Positions 39,642-48,954 of a DNA stretch of 64,000 bases are shown piece after piece. A program made the position numbers and the translations under genes. The stretch covers positions 64,001 through 128,000 of the forward strand of contig JANVYQ010000003.1 of assembly GCA_030059675.1 (NCBI GenBank), written 5' to 3'. Within the stretch, counting starts at the first letter, position 1. Every line of letters starts with the position of its first letter. Source of the stretch: Candidatus Pelearchaeum maunauluense (lineage in GTDB: Archaea > Thermoproteota > Nitrososphaeria_A > Caldarchaeales > Caldarchaeaceae). The notes under the pieces are model-generated. The model searched no databases. It worked only from the letters and a program-made list of their open reading frames with translations, and had not been told where the DNA came from.

Positions 39642-41151
39642 AATATCTAGTACCCACTATACGTCGCCGTTCTCTAGTCTGTTCATGGCGTGTTGGGTGT
39701 TGCATGTTGTTGCGGAAATATGCCGCGGCAGCGGCTATAGCATAGAGTTGGATTGAATTCTTCTCCTCTTCAACCTGCTTCTTAACCTTCTCCAAGATTC
39801 TCCGCCGCTCTATGAAGTCTGTATCAAGTTTTCCTGCTATGAAGTCCCCGTCCTCTAAAACAGCTTTGTGGAGAGGCGCTGTGGTAGCTATTCCTTCTAT
39901 GCGCATCTCGTTAAGCGCGCGAAGACATCTTACACGAGCCTCCTCAAAAGAACCACCCCAGCAGATTAGCTTAGCTATTAGAGAATCGTAAAATGCGGAG
40001 AGCTCCATCCCCTCATACAACGCGGTATCAACACGCACTCCAGGGCCGTTGGGTATGTGTAGCCGTATAACACGGCCTGTTGAGGGAGCAAAATCACTAA
40101 GAGGGTCTTCCGCGTTAATCCTACACTCTATAGCAGCGCCGATGGGATGTATTTCGTCTTGGGAGAAGGGAAGCGTCTCCCCACCTGCTAGGAGTATCTG
40201 CTGCTTCACTATATCAATCCCTGTACGCATCTCTGTTACTGGATGCTCTACTTGCAGCCTGGCATTAACCTCAATAAAGTATAGCCTCTTCCTCTCATCT
40301 AGGAGAAACTCAATAGTTCCCGCGTTCATGTAGTTTATAGCCCGCGCAGCTGCTACAGCTGCTTCGCCCATAGTAGACCTTAATTCCTCATCCAACGCTG
40401 GCGAGGGAGAAATCTCGACGAGCTTCTGAAAACGGCGCTGTATGCTGCATTCCCGTTCATGTAAATGAACCACCTCTCCACTGCTGTCAGCGAGTATTTG
40501 GAACTCTATATGCCTGGCAGGCTTTATTATCTTCTCAACGTATAGCGCTGTGCGTCCAAAGGCTGTACCAGCCTCCGCTGCCGCTATGCTGTACGCCTGT
40601 TTAAGCTCCTCTGGGTTATTTACTATGCGTATTCCCCTCCCGCCGCCACCGTAAACTGCTTTAAGCATAACTGGATATCCAACCTTATCAGCGAAGCTTA
40701 ACGCGTCCTCAAGCTCTACAGGCTTATCAACGCCTGGAACTGTTGGAACGCCCGCACTGGCAACCACCCTCCTACACTCAACCTTGTTCCCAGCAAGTTC
40801 AAGAGTGCGGCTGCTGGGACCTATGAAGATAATCCCCTCCTCCTCACAGCGTTTAGCGAATAATGGATTCTCGGACAAGAAACCATAGCCAGGATGCACT
40901 GCGTCAACGCCGCTTAAACGTGCCACCTCGATAATCTTCTCAATATTCAGATAACTCTCAGATGGCTCTGAGCCGCCCAAGGGGTAGGCGCGGTCAGATA
41001 ACCTGACGGGAAGGCTGCCTGCATCAACGTCGGAATATACTGTTACTGGCTTTATACCAAGCTCTCGGCATGCGCGGATTATCCTAAGAGCTATCTCGCC
41101 CCTATTCGCTATAAGCACCTTCCTAATCTCTCGCATCTCTTGCTCTAGCAC
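39628..41151 (-). CDS. accC: Biotin carboxylase (acetyl/propionyl-CoA carboxylase)
   Basis: LIANRGEIA, HPGYGFLSEN, GGGGRG, ERECSIQRR, RLQVEHPVTE. Confidence 0.93.
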   Translation of the reverse strand: MLEQEMREIRKVLIANRGEIALRIIRACRELGIKPVTVYSDVDAGSLPVRLSDRAYPLGGSEPSESYLNIEKIIEVARLSGVDAVHPGYGFLSENPLFAKRCEEEGIIFIGPSSRTLELAGNKVECRRVVASAGVPTVPGVDKPVELEDALSFADKVGYPVMLKAVYGGGGRGIRIVNNPEELKQAYSIAAAEAGTAFGRTALYVEKIIKPARHIEFQILADSSGEVVHLHERECSIQRRFQKLVEISPSPALDEELRSTMGEAAVAAARAINYMNAGTIEFLLDERKRLYFIEVNARLQVEHPVTEMRTGIDIVKQQILLAGGETLPFSQDEIHPIGAAIECRINAEDPLSDFAPSTGRVIRLHIPNGPGVRVDTALYEGMELSAFYDSLIAKLICWGGSFEEARVRCLRALNEMRIEGIATTAPLHKAVLEDGDFIAGKLDTDFIERRRILEKVKKQVEEEKNSIQLYAIAAAAAYFRNNMQHPTRHEQTRERRRIVGTRYYDLI

Positions 41152-41169
41152 AATAGAAGGGCTGTATAT

Positions 41170-41421
41170 TTAGCTGACTTCCAGCTGGTTCCGCAGCTTC
41201 ATAAGGAGATAGCGCCGATAAATCCTAGGCCCTATGGCCGCGTTTAGTATAGCTAGGGCTTGTATGGTTCCATGCGTGAGTGCGAAGACTAGTAGGGACT
41301 GCTTAAGAATTACAAGTGTTATTATCCCAGTTACAAATATGAATGCATGGACAAGTATGGCTAGAACCACCGCGTTGGTTTGGTAGCGCTTAACCGCGTC
41401 TTCAATCTGGCTAAGTGTCAT
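41170..41421 (-). CDS. Small 2-TM hypothetical membrane protein
   Basis: Hydrophobic 83-aa ORF downstream of the cox operon, with two intramembrane His residues. Confidence 0.65.
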   Translation of the reverse strand: MTLSQIEDAVKRYQTNAVVLAILVHAFIFVTGIITLVILKQSLLVFALTHGTIQALAILNAAIGPRIYRRYLLMKLRNQLEVS

Positions 41422-41471
41422 AGCCTAACACCGTTAGGTGATAATGTTAGTTTTTGATAAGTTTTTCGCGG

Positions 41472-42188
41472 CTAGCGCCTTTGCTCAATCACAACACCCT
41501 GACCACGTGATATGAGCGTATGCACAAGATACCCTACTGCGGCGAAGTCCATCAAAGGCGCGGCAACCAGCGTTATTATCCCCGCGTCGTGATGCTGGCT
41601 GAGTGGATACAGCTTGTAGACGTAGTCGCTTACCTGAGACAGGTAAAGACCAGCCCACAGCATGACTTTCCCAAAAGCTATAGCTATAACCGCCCTACGC
41701 GGCGGTGATAACTGCTTAACACTCAGATAGACGAGCCCGCCCAAAATCATAAAGCTAATATGCATAACCTCGTGCAGCAAGCCGTCAAGCGTGCCATTCA
41801 CGAAGATGTCGGGAATATGCCAGTATCCCAGTATAGCGGCAGCACCGGCCAGCCCTGGAATACCAGACCAATTCAGCTTTTTATTAAGAACGAGAAAACG
41901 CGTGTAAAACGCCCTCAGCATGCTAACGCGCGGCGACTGTCGGGGAGACGTGAGAATAAGCTGCATGATATCTTCGGATAGTGAGAGGATTAGAAAGCCT
42001 GAAGAGGCGAAGAGAAAATGCTGAACCATCATGTGAAATATGAAGTTTGTTATCTCCAGCTCATCTATCCCTGGGAATGTGTATAGGAATATGAAGACCG
42101 CTGATACGTATGCTGATTTATAAAAAATATGCAATAGTTTCTTTGTGTGTTGTCGCTGGGCTGCTCTAGCCATGACGCTGTGCTTCAA
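41472..42188 (-). CDS. CtaG/DUF1404-like cytochrome oxidase assembly membrane protein
   Basis: FHMMVQH, YWHIP, LHEVMHISF motifs typical of caa3 CtaG; follows coxA. Confidence 0.8.
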   Translation of the reverse strand: MKHSVMARAAQRQHTKKLLHIFYKSAYVSAVFIFLYTFPGIDELEITNFIFHMMVQHFLFASSGFLILSLSEDIMQLILTSPRQSPRVSMLRAFYTRFLVLNKKLNWSGIPGLAGAAAILGYWHIPDIFVNGTLDGLLHEVMHISFMILGGLVYLSVKQLSPPRRAVIAIAFGKVMLWAGLYLSQVSDYVYKLYPLSQHHDAGIITLVAAPLMDFAAVGYLVHTLISRGQGVVIEQRR

Positions 42189-43722
42189 CCTCGTTCATCG
42201 CCTCGCCCATAAAGTCGGGCATGCCATTCTTAGCCGCGTCCCATGGGTCTGGGCTTGCCGCTGGCCCCTTCTTCCAGCTAATCAGCAAGTTAAGCAGGAA
42301 GATTATAGTCCCCACGCCTATCAATATTGCGCCGAACGTGGCTATAGCGTGAAGTCCTTGGAACTCTGGCAGATACTCATAGTAGCGTCTCGGCATGCCG
42401 AGTAGCCCTAGTGCGAGCATGGGTATGTATAGCAAGTACTGTCCTACGTTGGCGCTTATGAAATGAACCTTGCCCAAGGTCTCGCTGTACATTCTCTTGG
42501 TGAAGTGTGGGAAGTAGTAGTAGGTCGCTGCGAAGGCGGCTTGGCTTATTGCGCCAAAGAGAATAAGGTGGAAGTGGCCGACAACAAAGTATGTGTCCTG
42601 TAGATGGAAGTCAACGGGTATCCCCGCCTGGAATACGCCTGTTATCCCACCTACTATGAATGTGCCTATGAAGCTCAGCGTGAAGAGTGTGGGAGTGTTA
42701 AACCTTATTTTACCTCCATACAAAGTGGCCTCCCAGTTAATCACCTTTATCCCAGAGGGTATAGCTACAGCCATAGTCATTAACATGAAAGGCGCCAACG
42801 CATTTATTGACATGCCAGTCGTGAACATGTGGTGCGCCCATACTCCGAAGCCGAGGACGCCTATGAGGACTGTTGAGTATGCTATTGCCTTATAGCCGTA
42901 TATTGGTCGTTTTACAAGTCTTGGTAATATCTCGGAGATAATTCCCATGGCTGGGAGGACCAGTATATAGACCTCTGGGTGTCCGAAGAACCAGAATAGG
43001 TGTTGCCAGAGTATCGGGTCTCCCCCACCTTCAGGTATGTAGAACTGGGTGCCGAAGTTTCTATCTAGTAGTAGTAGTGTGAGGCCGAATGCTAGTACTG
43101 GGACAGCTAAGATTATGATGAATGCCGTAACTGCTATAGACCAGACGAAGAGGGGCATGTTGCTGAAGTTTATCCCGGGTCTGCGTAGACGCCATATTGT
43201 TACTATGAAGTTTAGGGAGCCGATTATGGATGATGTCCCTACTATGTGCAGGCTTAGTATCCACATATCCACGCCTATGTCGGGCTGGATTACGGTTAGC
43301 GGGGCGTAGCCTGTCCAGCCTATGTTGGGCCAGCCTATAAGGAGTAGAGCGGCCGCAACTGGCAGAAGCCAGAAGCTCAGGGCGTTTAGCTTCGGGTAGT
43401 ATAGGTCTGGAGCGCCTATCATCTTTGGAACCATGTAGTTAGCGAATCCGAAGAACACTGGGGTTGCCCAGAAGAATATCATTAACGTACCATGAACGGT
43501 GAAGAGGCTGTTGTAGAAGTTTGCGTCAACAACGTTTCCTTCTGGTGTAGCGAGTTCCCAGCGCATCCATAGGGCGAAGAGGCCGCCTACTATGAGGAAG
43601 ATGTAGGAGAACGCGAAGTACAGCATTCCTATCTCCGTATGATGCGTGGTGGTGAGTATTCTCCGCAGACTCTTATACCAAGGTGTGTGCTGTTTCTCAA
43701 CACGCGATTGAGTTACGGTCAT
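42166..43722 (-). CDS. coxA: Heme-copper oxidase subunit I, type A1
   Basis: FTVHG, WFFGHPEVY, VWAHHMF, VVGHFH. Confidence 0.97.
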   Translation of the reverse strand: MTVTQSRVEKQHTPWYKSLRRILTTTHHTEIGMLYFAFSYIFLIVGGLFALWMRWELATPEGNVVDANFYNSLFTVHGTLMIFFWATPVFFGFANYMVPKMIGAPDLYYPKLNALSFWLLPVAAALLLIGWPNIGWTGYAPLTVIQPDIGVDMWILSLHIVGTSSIIGSLNFIVTIWRLRRPGINFSNMPLFVWSIAVTAFIIILAVPVLAFGLTLLLLDRNFGTQFYIPEGGGDPILWQHLFWFFGHPEVYILVLPAMGIISEILPRLVKRPIYGYKAIAYSTVLIGVLGFGVWAHHMFTTGMSINALAPFMLMTMAVAIPSGIKVINWEATLYGGKIRFNTPTLFTLSFIGTFIVGGITGVFQAGIPVDFHLQDTYFVVGHFHLILFGAISQAAFAATYYYFPHFTKRMYSETLGKVHFISANVGQYLLYIPMLALGLLGMPRRYYEYLPEFQGLHAIATFGAILIGVGTIIFLLNLLISWKKGPAASPDPWDAAKNGMPDFMGEAMNEVEAQRHG

Positions 43723-43743
43723 TATATCATCACCACCTCATTA

Positions 43744-44160
43744 TTATTCTACTATGAGCATAGCGCGCATGTTGGAATGGCCTGAGCCACAGAACTCAGC
43801 GCACTGGATAACATACTCACCAGGCTTCATGGGCGTGAAGGTTAACACGTTAACTCGTCCAGGGACTACGTCTCTCTTAATACCAAAATCTTTTAAGTAA
43901 AAACTATGTATTACATCTTCGCTTATCAGCTCCAGCTTAACCGTCTGTCCTGCTCTAATGTGGAGTTCGGCTGAGCGTGTTCCGTCAGGGTATATGAATT
44001 CCCACGCGAACTGCCTAGCCCTTACTTCAATAGTTATGTCAGCCTCCTGCGCCTGTGCTTCAAATTGGCTGGCAGTGAACCAAGATGCTATCCCTATATA
44101 GGCGAATAGTATTGCTGCTCCAATTATTGTTCCCCACTCCACGTATCTAACACTTGTCAT
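43744..44160 (-). CDS. coxB: Cytochrome oxidase subunit II, C-terminal part (1 TM plus CuA domain)
   Basis: QFAWEF.Y, DVIHSF, CAEFCGSGHSNM CuA ligands. Confidence 0.93.
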   Translation of the reverse strand: MTSVRYVEWGTIIGAAILFAYIGIASWFTASQFEAQAQEADITIEVRARQFAWEFIYPDGTRSAELHIRAGQTVKLELISEDVIHSFYLKDFGIKRDVVPGRVNVLTFTPMKPGEYVIQCAEFCGSGHSNMRAMLIVE

Positions 44161-44399
44161 CCTCCATCAACCCCCCTTTCTCGGAACTTTATGCTCATCC
44201 AGATTAGCGAGCCTAGGAATATCGCTCCAACGGCCGAGCCTGAGATGTAGATGAACTGGTAAAGCTGGTTTATCCGCACAGTCTCGCGTGAGAGCGGCTC
44301 AAAGAGCTGTCCAAAGTTGCCCAGAGCTAGTAGAGCGGCGAAAAGGGTTATGATTATCCCGGCCCAGGCAACGTAATCTCCCGCCGAGAGTTTTTCCAT
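44157..44399 (-). CDS. Cytochrome oxidase subunit II N-terminal TM part (split gene)
   Basis: P.S....INQLY..I.......LIW...KFR resembles the CoxB first helix region; ATGA overlap with coxB. Confidence 0.65.
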   Translation of the reverse strand: MEKLSAGDYVAWAGIIITLFAALLALGNFGQLFEPLSRETVRINQLYQFIYISGSAVGAIFLGSLIWMSIKFRERGVDGG

Positions 44400-44471
44400 A
44401 TTTTCACCTAATCTGTTAGGTTAAAATCGGGCTTTCTCACTATTTAGAGTTTATTATTACTTACAAAAATG

Positions 44472-44900
44472 TTATTTCAACTGTATTAGGTAGAGCGCTG
44501 TCCCCAGATAGAAGCCAAAAACCAACAGCGCTACGCCCATGTGTGTTGTTACTAAGAGGGGGTGGAGTAGGCTGAAGATTACCTGGGCTCCTACGAAGAA
44601 GACCTGAACGGTTATCGCTACCAAGCCAGCTAGAGCCAGCTTCTTAGCAGGCTTAAGCTCCTCCTCTCTCCTACTTCTGAGCACCAGCGAGGTTGTAACG
44701 GCTAGAATAAAGCTCAGCATAGCAAACCCGCGGTGGAGAAACTCCACCAGAATCCCGAAGCTGGTTATCTCGGGGCAGAGAGGCCAGTCTGGACAAGCCA
44801 AACCAGCACCAATCTTACTCACATACGTGCCTACGAGCATGGTGGAGTATATCACAATTACTGTAATGAATGAGAGGAGCTTCACATGCTTCGGCACCAT
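44472..44900 (-). CDS. ctaA: Short (4-TM) heme A synthase
   Basis: GAGLACPDWPLC, EFLHR, second His motif VTTH. Only one half-repeat. Confidence 0.88.
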   Translation of the reverse strand: MVPKHVKLLSFITVIVIYSTMLVGTYVSKIGAGLACPDWPLCPEITSFGILVEFLHRGFAMLSFILAVTTSLVLRSRREEELKPAKKLALAGLVAITVQVFFVGAQVIFSLLHPLLVTTHMGVALLVFGFYLGTALYLIQLK

Positions 44901-44973
44901 GTAATACCATCCTCATCCTTATTAGAGATGGGTTGGTACTTTCGCCTAATAGATTTTATTATCAATTGAACTC

Positions 44974-45867
44974 TCAGCTAAAGCTGGGCTCCACCTCCCT
45001 GGTGAAGATTTTCATGTCTTCTATGATTTTGTCAGTTTGTTTATCACCGAAGTTAAGCACAAAATAAGAAGCTCCAGCATCCGCGTATGGTGAGAGCTGC
45101 TCTATTACTTGCTGGGGCACGCCACTCAGCATGACTCTCTTAATACCTGTGGGGGCAATGGTCTCGCGGGGAGATTTTCCTGAAAGGTCTACCGAGAACC
45201 GTCCAGAAACTACGAACCCCCCGTGATTTGATGATTGCACCAACTTCATCCTGTCATGGAACTCGTCAAGTGGTATTCCTGAAAAGTGCCAGCCATCAGC
45301 TAGGCTTAATGCGCGTCTAACTGCTGCACGCGAATGGCCCCCTAGCCATATCGGCGGGCCATCAGGCTGTATTGGCCTGGGGTCAAATATTGCGCTCTCT
45401 ATTTTGTGATATTTTCCGATGAATGTGGGGGTGCGGCTTGACCATAGAGTTTTGAGTAGTTTAAGCTGTTCGCTGAACAGATCTCCCCGGCCTCTAAATG
45501 ACGCTCCTAAGTTTCTAAACTCCTCCTCAGCCCATCCTACTGCGAAGCCAGCTATTAGGCGGCCGCCGCTGAGGTTATCAAGCGTCGCAAGCTCCTTGGC
45601 AGTTATCACAGCGTTGCGCATGGGTAGTACTATTATTGAGGTTCCAAGCCTTACCTGCTGGGTTATCGCAGCAACGTAAGCGAGTGTAATGAGGGGTTCG
45701 TATATTCTGCCGTAGGGGTAGCTTAGGTTGCGGGGCATTAGTATGTGGTCGGTAACCCATATTGAGTCGTAGCCCAGCTCTTCGGCTGCTCTCGCTATTT
45801 TCCCGATGCTCTCCCTGCTGGAGTTTTTACCGAAGTTGGGTAGGCATACGCCGAACTTAACCCTCAA
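44974..45867 (-). CDS. LLM-class putative F420-dependent oxidoreductase
   Basis: AEELGYDSIWVTDH, ATLDNLSGGR, PRPIQ..PPIWLGG. Confidence 0.9.
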   Translation of the reverse strand: MRVKFGVCLPNFGKNSSRESIGKIARAAEELGYDSIWVTDHILMPRNLSYPYGRIYEPLITLAYVAAITQQVRLGTSIIVLPMRNAVITAKELATLDNLSGGRLIAGFAVGWAEEEFRNLGASFRGRGDLFSEQLKLLKTLWSSRTPTFIGKYHKIESAIFDPRPIQPDGPPIWLGGHSRAAVRRALSLADGWHFSGIPLDEFHDRMKLVQSSNHGGFVVSGRFSVDLSGKSPRETIAPTGIKRVMLSGVPQQVIEQLSPYADAGASYFVLNFGDKQTDKIIEDMKIFTREVEPSFS

Positions 45868-45889
45868 GGCTCATACTCACCAACGCTAT

Positions 45890-47260
45890 TCAACCTTTGC
45901 CAGACGACACCTTTTCGGCCAGTCTTAGAACCTTCCTAGCAACATCAATAGCATCGTTTCCTATAATCAGCATCATGGGCTCCTTCCCAACATCCCCGTC
46001 GTGATAAATCACGTCAGGCACGCCTCCATACGCTTTGATAGCCTCCTCAACACCCCAGGGAATCGTCATGCCCTCAACATCCTTTATCTCGGGAGGCTCT
46101 TTACGCCTGTCATAGCTTGATATGGAGTAGCCAAGCTTAATAGCGGCGTTTAGTATCTCGTCGTTTTTCTTGATGTTGATTGCGCTACGCATGGATTTGC
46201 TGTACTTCATTATTGTTAGTACGGCGCTGGCTACGTGGCGTGAAGCGCCGAAGCGAGGCTCCGATACAGCGCTGACCCTATTACCAATCTTGACAATACG
46301 CCCAGGGATTGCCGCCACATCATCATAGCCCTTGGCATCATCAATAGCCATGGCTAGGTTCATCTGAGACTCGGGGACGAGGAGATGAATGTTCGGGTCT
46401 GCCGTTATTAGTTCAAGAGCCTCCTGCATAGTAAGTAGGGTTCTAAACCTCCTGGCGTCCTGTAAAACAGTCGCCATCGGGTTAACGGGGCCATGTCCAG
46501 AGCCTATGGCGAGGCCGTTCCTAATTGCCTGCGTGACGAATGTCTTGGCTTCTTTTACCGCCTCGCTTACGCTAAGCCCCTTGGCGAGGCCAGCGGCTAT
46601 GGCCGAGGCGAAGACACAGCCAGTTCCATGTGTATTCTTCGTATCTATGCGCGGTGCTTCAAAATAGTAGAACTTCTCCGCATGGTAAAGCACGTCAACC
46701 ACATTCCTGCTCGCTAGATGGCCTCCCTTCACCACCGCGGCCCTGGCTCCTCTATCCACCAGCATCTTCGCAGCGCGCTTCTGGTCATCTAGCGTCTTTA
46801 TCTTAACGCCTGTCAGCGCCTCCGCCTCGGCTGCGTTGGGCGTTACAACGCGGGCGAGAGGTATTAGCTTGGTGAGTAAAATCTCTATAGCGTCTTCGCG
46901 AATTAGCCTGGCGCCGCTCTTAGCTACCGCTACAGGGTCAACCACTATGGGCGCGTCTATTGATGAAAGCTCGTCTGCTACAGCCTCTATAATATCCGGG
47001 GTGTGTAGCATCCCTGTCTTAATTGCGTCAACTCCTATATCCTCAACCACAACCCGTATCTGCTCACGTATTATCTCGGCTGGAATATCTTGTATAGCCG
47101 TAACCTTGGCTGTGTTCTGTGCTGTTATTGAGGTTATGGCGGTCATCCCGTGAACTCCAAATGCTGCGAATGTCTTAAGGTCTGCTTGTATCCCTGCGCC
47201 GCCTCCTGAGTCTGAGCCAGCTATGGTTAGAGCGCGCGGTATTTTCAAACCCTGCACCAC
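45890..47260 (-). CDS. thiDN: HMP/HMP-P kinase fused to ThiN thiamine-phosphate synthase
   Basis: [31 protein letters not shown], then ThiN PE...N, FGASRH, GKEPM. Confidence 0.95.
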   Translation of the reverse strand: MVQGLKIPRALTIAGSDSGGGAGIQADLKTFAAFGVHGMTAITSITAQNTAKVTAIQDIPAEIIREQIRVVVEDIGVDAIKTGMLHTPDIIEAVADELSSIDAPIVVDPVAVAKSGARLIREDAIEILLTKLIPLARVVTPNAAEAEALTGVKIKTLDDQKRAAKMLVDRGARAAVVKGGHLASRNVVDVLYHAEKFYYFEAPRIDTKNTHGTGCVFASAIAAGLAKGLSVSEAVKEAKTFVTQAIRNGLAIGSGHGPVNPMATVLQDARRFRTLLTMQEALELITADPNIHLLVPESQMNLAMAIDDAKGYDDVAAIPGRIVKIGNRVSAVSEPRFGASRHVASAVLTIMKYSKSMRSAINIKKNDEILNAAIKLGYSISSYDRRKEPPEIKDVEGMTIPWGVEEAIKAYGGVPDVIYHDGDVGKEPMMLIIGNDAIDVARKVLRLAEKVSSGKG

Positions 47261-47296
47261 CCTTCCCGCTCACCTAATAAACCAATAGGCCGATGA

Positions 47297-47866
47297 TTAA
47301 AGCATGACAACCCTGTCCATGTGATGTTTAAGCTCTTCCACTAGAAGCTTCTCCCTAAGGCTTATTCCAGAGCCGTAGTCTTCTGCTAGGCTTGAGCCGT
47401 AGTATGCTGTGCCTATGAATGTTCGGCTGATTTTAATGATGTTTAGTAGCTCATCTAGCTCGCCTGCGTGTAGGAAGATTGTTAAGTCATTTATCGCCAG
47501 TAGTGGTCGTGGTTTTTCCATGTATTGTTTAAACAGCAGCCTGGCGTTTTCTGCGTTATGCTTAGCGTAGCGTATTACATCGTCCATGTTGCAGGCTTGT
47601 GTGCGCGGAGCGTAGACTAGGCTGGGCCTTAGGTAGGCGGCCTCGTTGGGTAGCTTGATATACTCAGTTATTGTTCCGCCTATCTTTCCCATGCGTGGAG
47701 GCGCTAGGTCTATAACAACCATGTCTCTCGCATGGCCCTCTGCCACCAGCCGCTCTAGTAGCTCAGCCAGCGCGCGGGTTTTCCCACTACCTGCTTCGCC
47801 TATGATGAGCGTCTTTAGGCCAAGAATCTTCTCCCTATCTATTCCTGAGAAGGCCGAACCCCTCAA
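47297..47866 (-). CDS. Uncharacterised small P-loop NTPase
   Basis: Walker A IIGEAGSGKT, VIDLAP, Walker B-like LLAIND. Confidence 0.75.
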   Translation of the reverse strand: MRGSAFSGIDREKILGLKTLIIGEAGSGKTRALAELLERLVAEGHARDMVVIDLAPPRMGKIGGTITEYIKLPNEAAYLRPSLVYAPRTQACNMDDVIRYAKHNAENARLLFKQYMEKPRPLLAINDLTIFLHAGELDELLNIIKISRTFIGTAYYGSSLAEDYGSGISLREKLLVEELKHHMDRVVML

Positions 47867-48410
47867 GGCTCAGCAGCACTAGGTATCCAATTATGCTTCC
47901 TGGTATTGAGCTTGCAGCCCACCCCCAGTAGAATGTGGTGAGAGCGCCGAAGAGGCCGAGGCTCTCTATCAGTTGGGCTGATTTATGCCCTATTGCGGGC
48001 GCTACTACGAGTAGTGAGAATGTCCCTCCGATGAGAACGGTTCCCACAGGCTCAAAGAGAGCCGCAACTAGAGCTTTTCTCCTACCTATCCACCGCCGCA
48101 GGAGGCGGTAAGCCAGGCCAACAACCACAGCCCCTGGTATCCCGCCTGGAAAAGCGAAGACGGTCCCTATACCGACTGCGTTCCTGTATATCCCGACTAG
48201 TATAGCTACCAGCGACGCCCACCAGGGACCTATCATCACACCGCCAACCGCGTTGACGAGGTGTTGGCCTGGGAAGGCTAGGGTTCCGAAGAATGGAAAG
48301 AAGAATGTATGGGCTAGGATTATGCCCAGTCCTGTGAAGACCGTCGTGTATGCTATATTTACGGAGACGGGCTTCTTGATTTCTTTCTGGGCGCTTGCGT
48401 CTGAAGGCAT
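47835..48410 (-). CDS. thiW: ECF S-component ThiW (thiazole transporter)
   Basis: AFPGQH.VN, GPWW, GIGTVFAFPG..PG, EPVGT; near thiDN. Confidence 0.92.
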   Translation of the reverse strand: MPSDASAQKEIKKPVSVNIAYTTVFTGLGIILAHTFFFPFFGTLAFPGQHLVNAVGGVMIGPWWASLVAILVGIYRNAVGIGTVFAFPGGIPGAVVVGLAYRLLRRWIGRRKALVAALFEPVGTVLIGGTFSLLVVAPAIGHKSAQLIESLGLFGALTTFYWGWAASSIPGSIIGYLVLLSLEGFGLLRNR

Positions 48411-48458
48411 GCTGTCTGGTGGGTTTTAAAGGAAAATATAACCATAGATATAAGCGGC

Positions 48459-48893
48459 TTATCGCTCAGCCCAGACCCACTTATCGCTTGTTAAGTAATT
48501 GACAAGAGTCCCAGCACCTATCGCTATGACATTAGAGAGCAGATAGTATAGGCCAGCTAGGTCGGTCAATAGGTAGAGGACTGCCAGATTGGTAATCATG
48601 CCAAGAAAACGCGAGCCATGAAACTTGAAGAGACGCACAACCCATCCATCAGATACGCGTCTATCGCCAAACGTCCATAAATCGTTCCAGTAGAAGTTGT
48701 TTATGATTGAGGCTTCTATGCTTATGACGGCCGACAGCATGTAGAAGCGCTCACCAAACACATAAGTTGTTAAAAGCCATAGAAGGCCCACATTGACGAC
48801 AAGGCCTGAAAGCCCTACTCCTCCAAATCTCACCAGGCGGATTATGGGAATCTTAGCCAATATGTGATGCAGAGTATTACGCCTAGCTTTCAT
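48459..48893 (-). CDS. GtrA family protein
   Basis: RFGGVG..G..VN, NNFYWNDLWTF, NY...KWV. Confidence 0.9.
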   Translation of the reverse strand: MKARRNTLHHILAKIPIIRLVRFGGVGLSGLVVNVGLLWLLTTYVFGERFYMLSAVISIEASIINNFYWNDLWTFGDRRVSDGWVVRLFKFHGSRFLGMITNLAVLYLLTDLAGLYYLLSNVIAIGAGTLVNYLTSDKWVWAER

Positions 48894-48954
48894 TCAACGT
48901 ATCTATCTTCGTCATCTTCTAACGTGCTTAAATAATGTTTCACTAAGTCATCTA

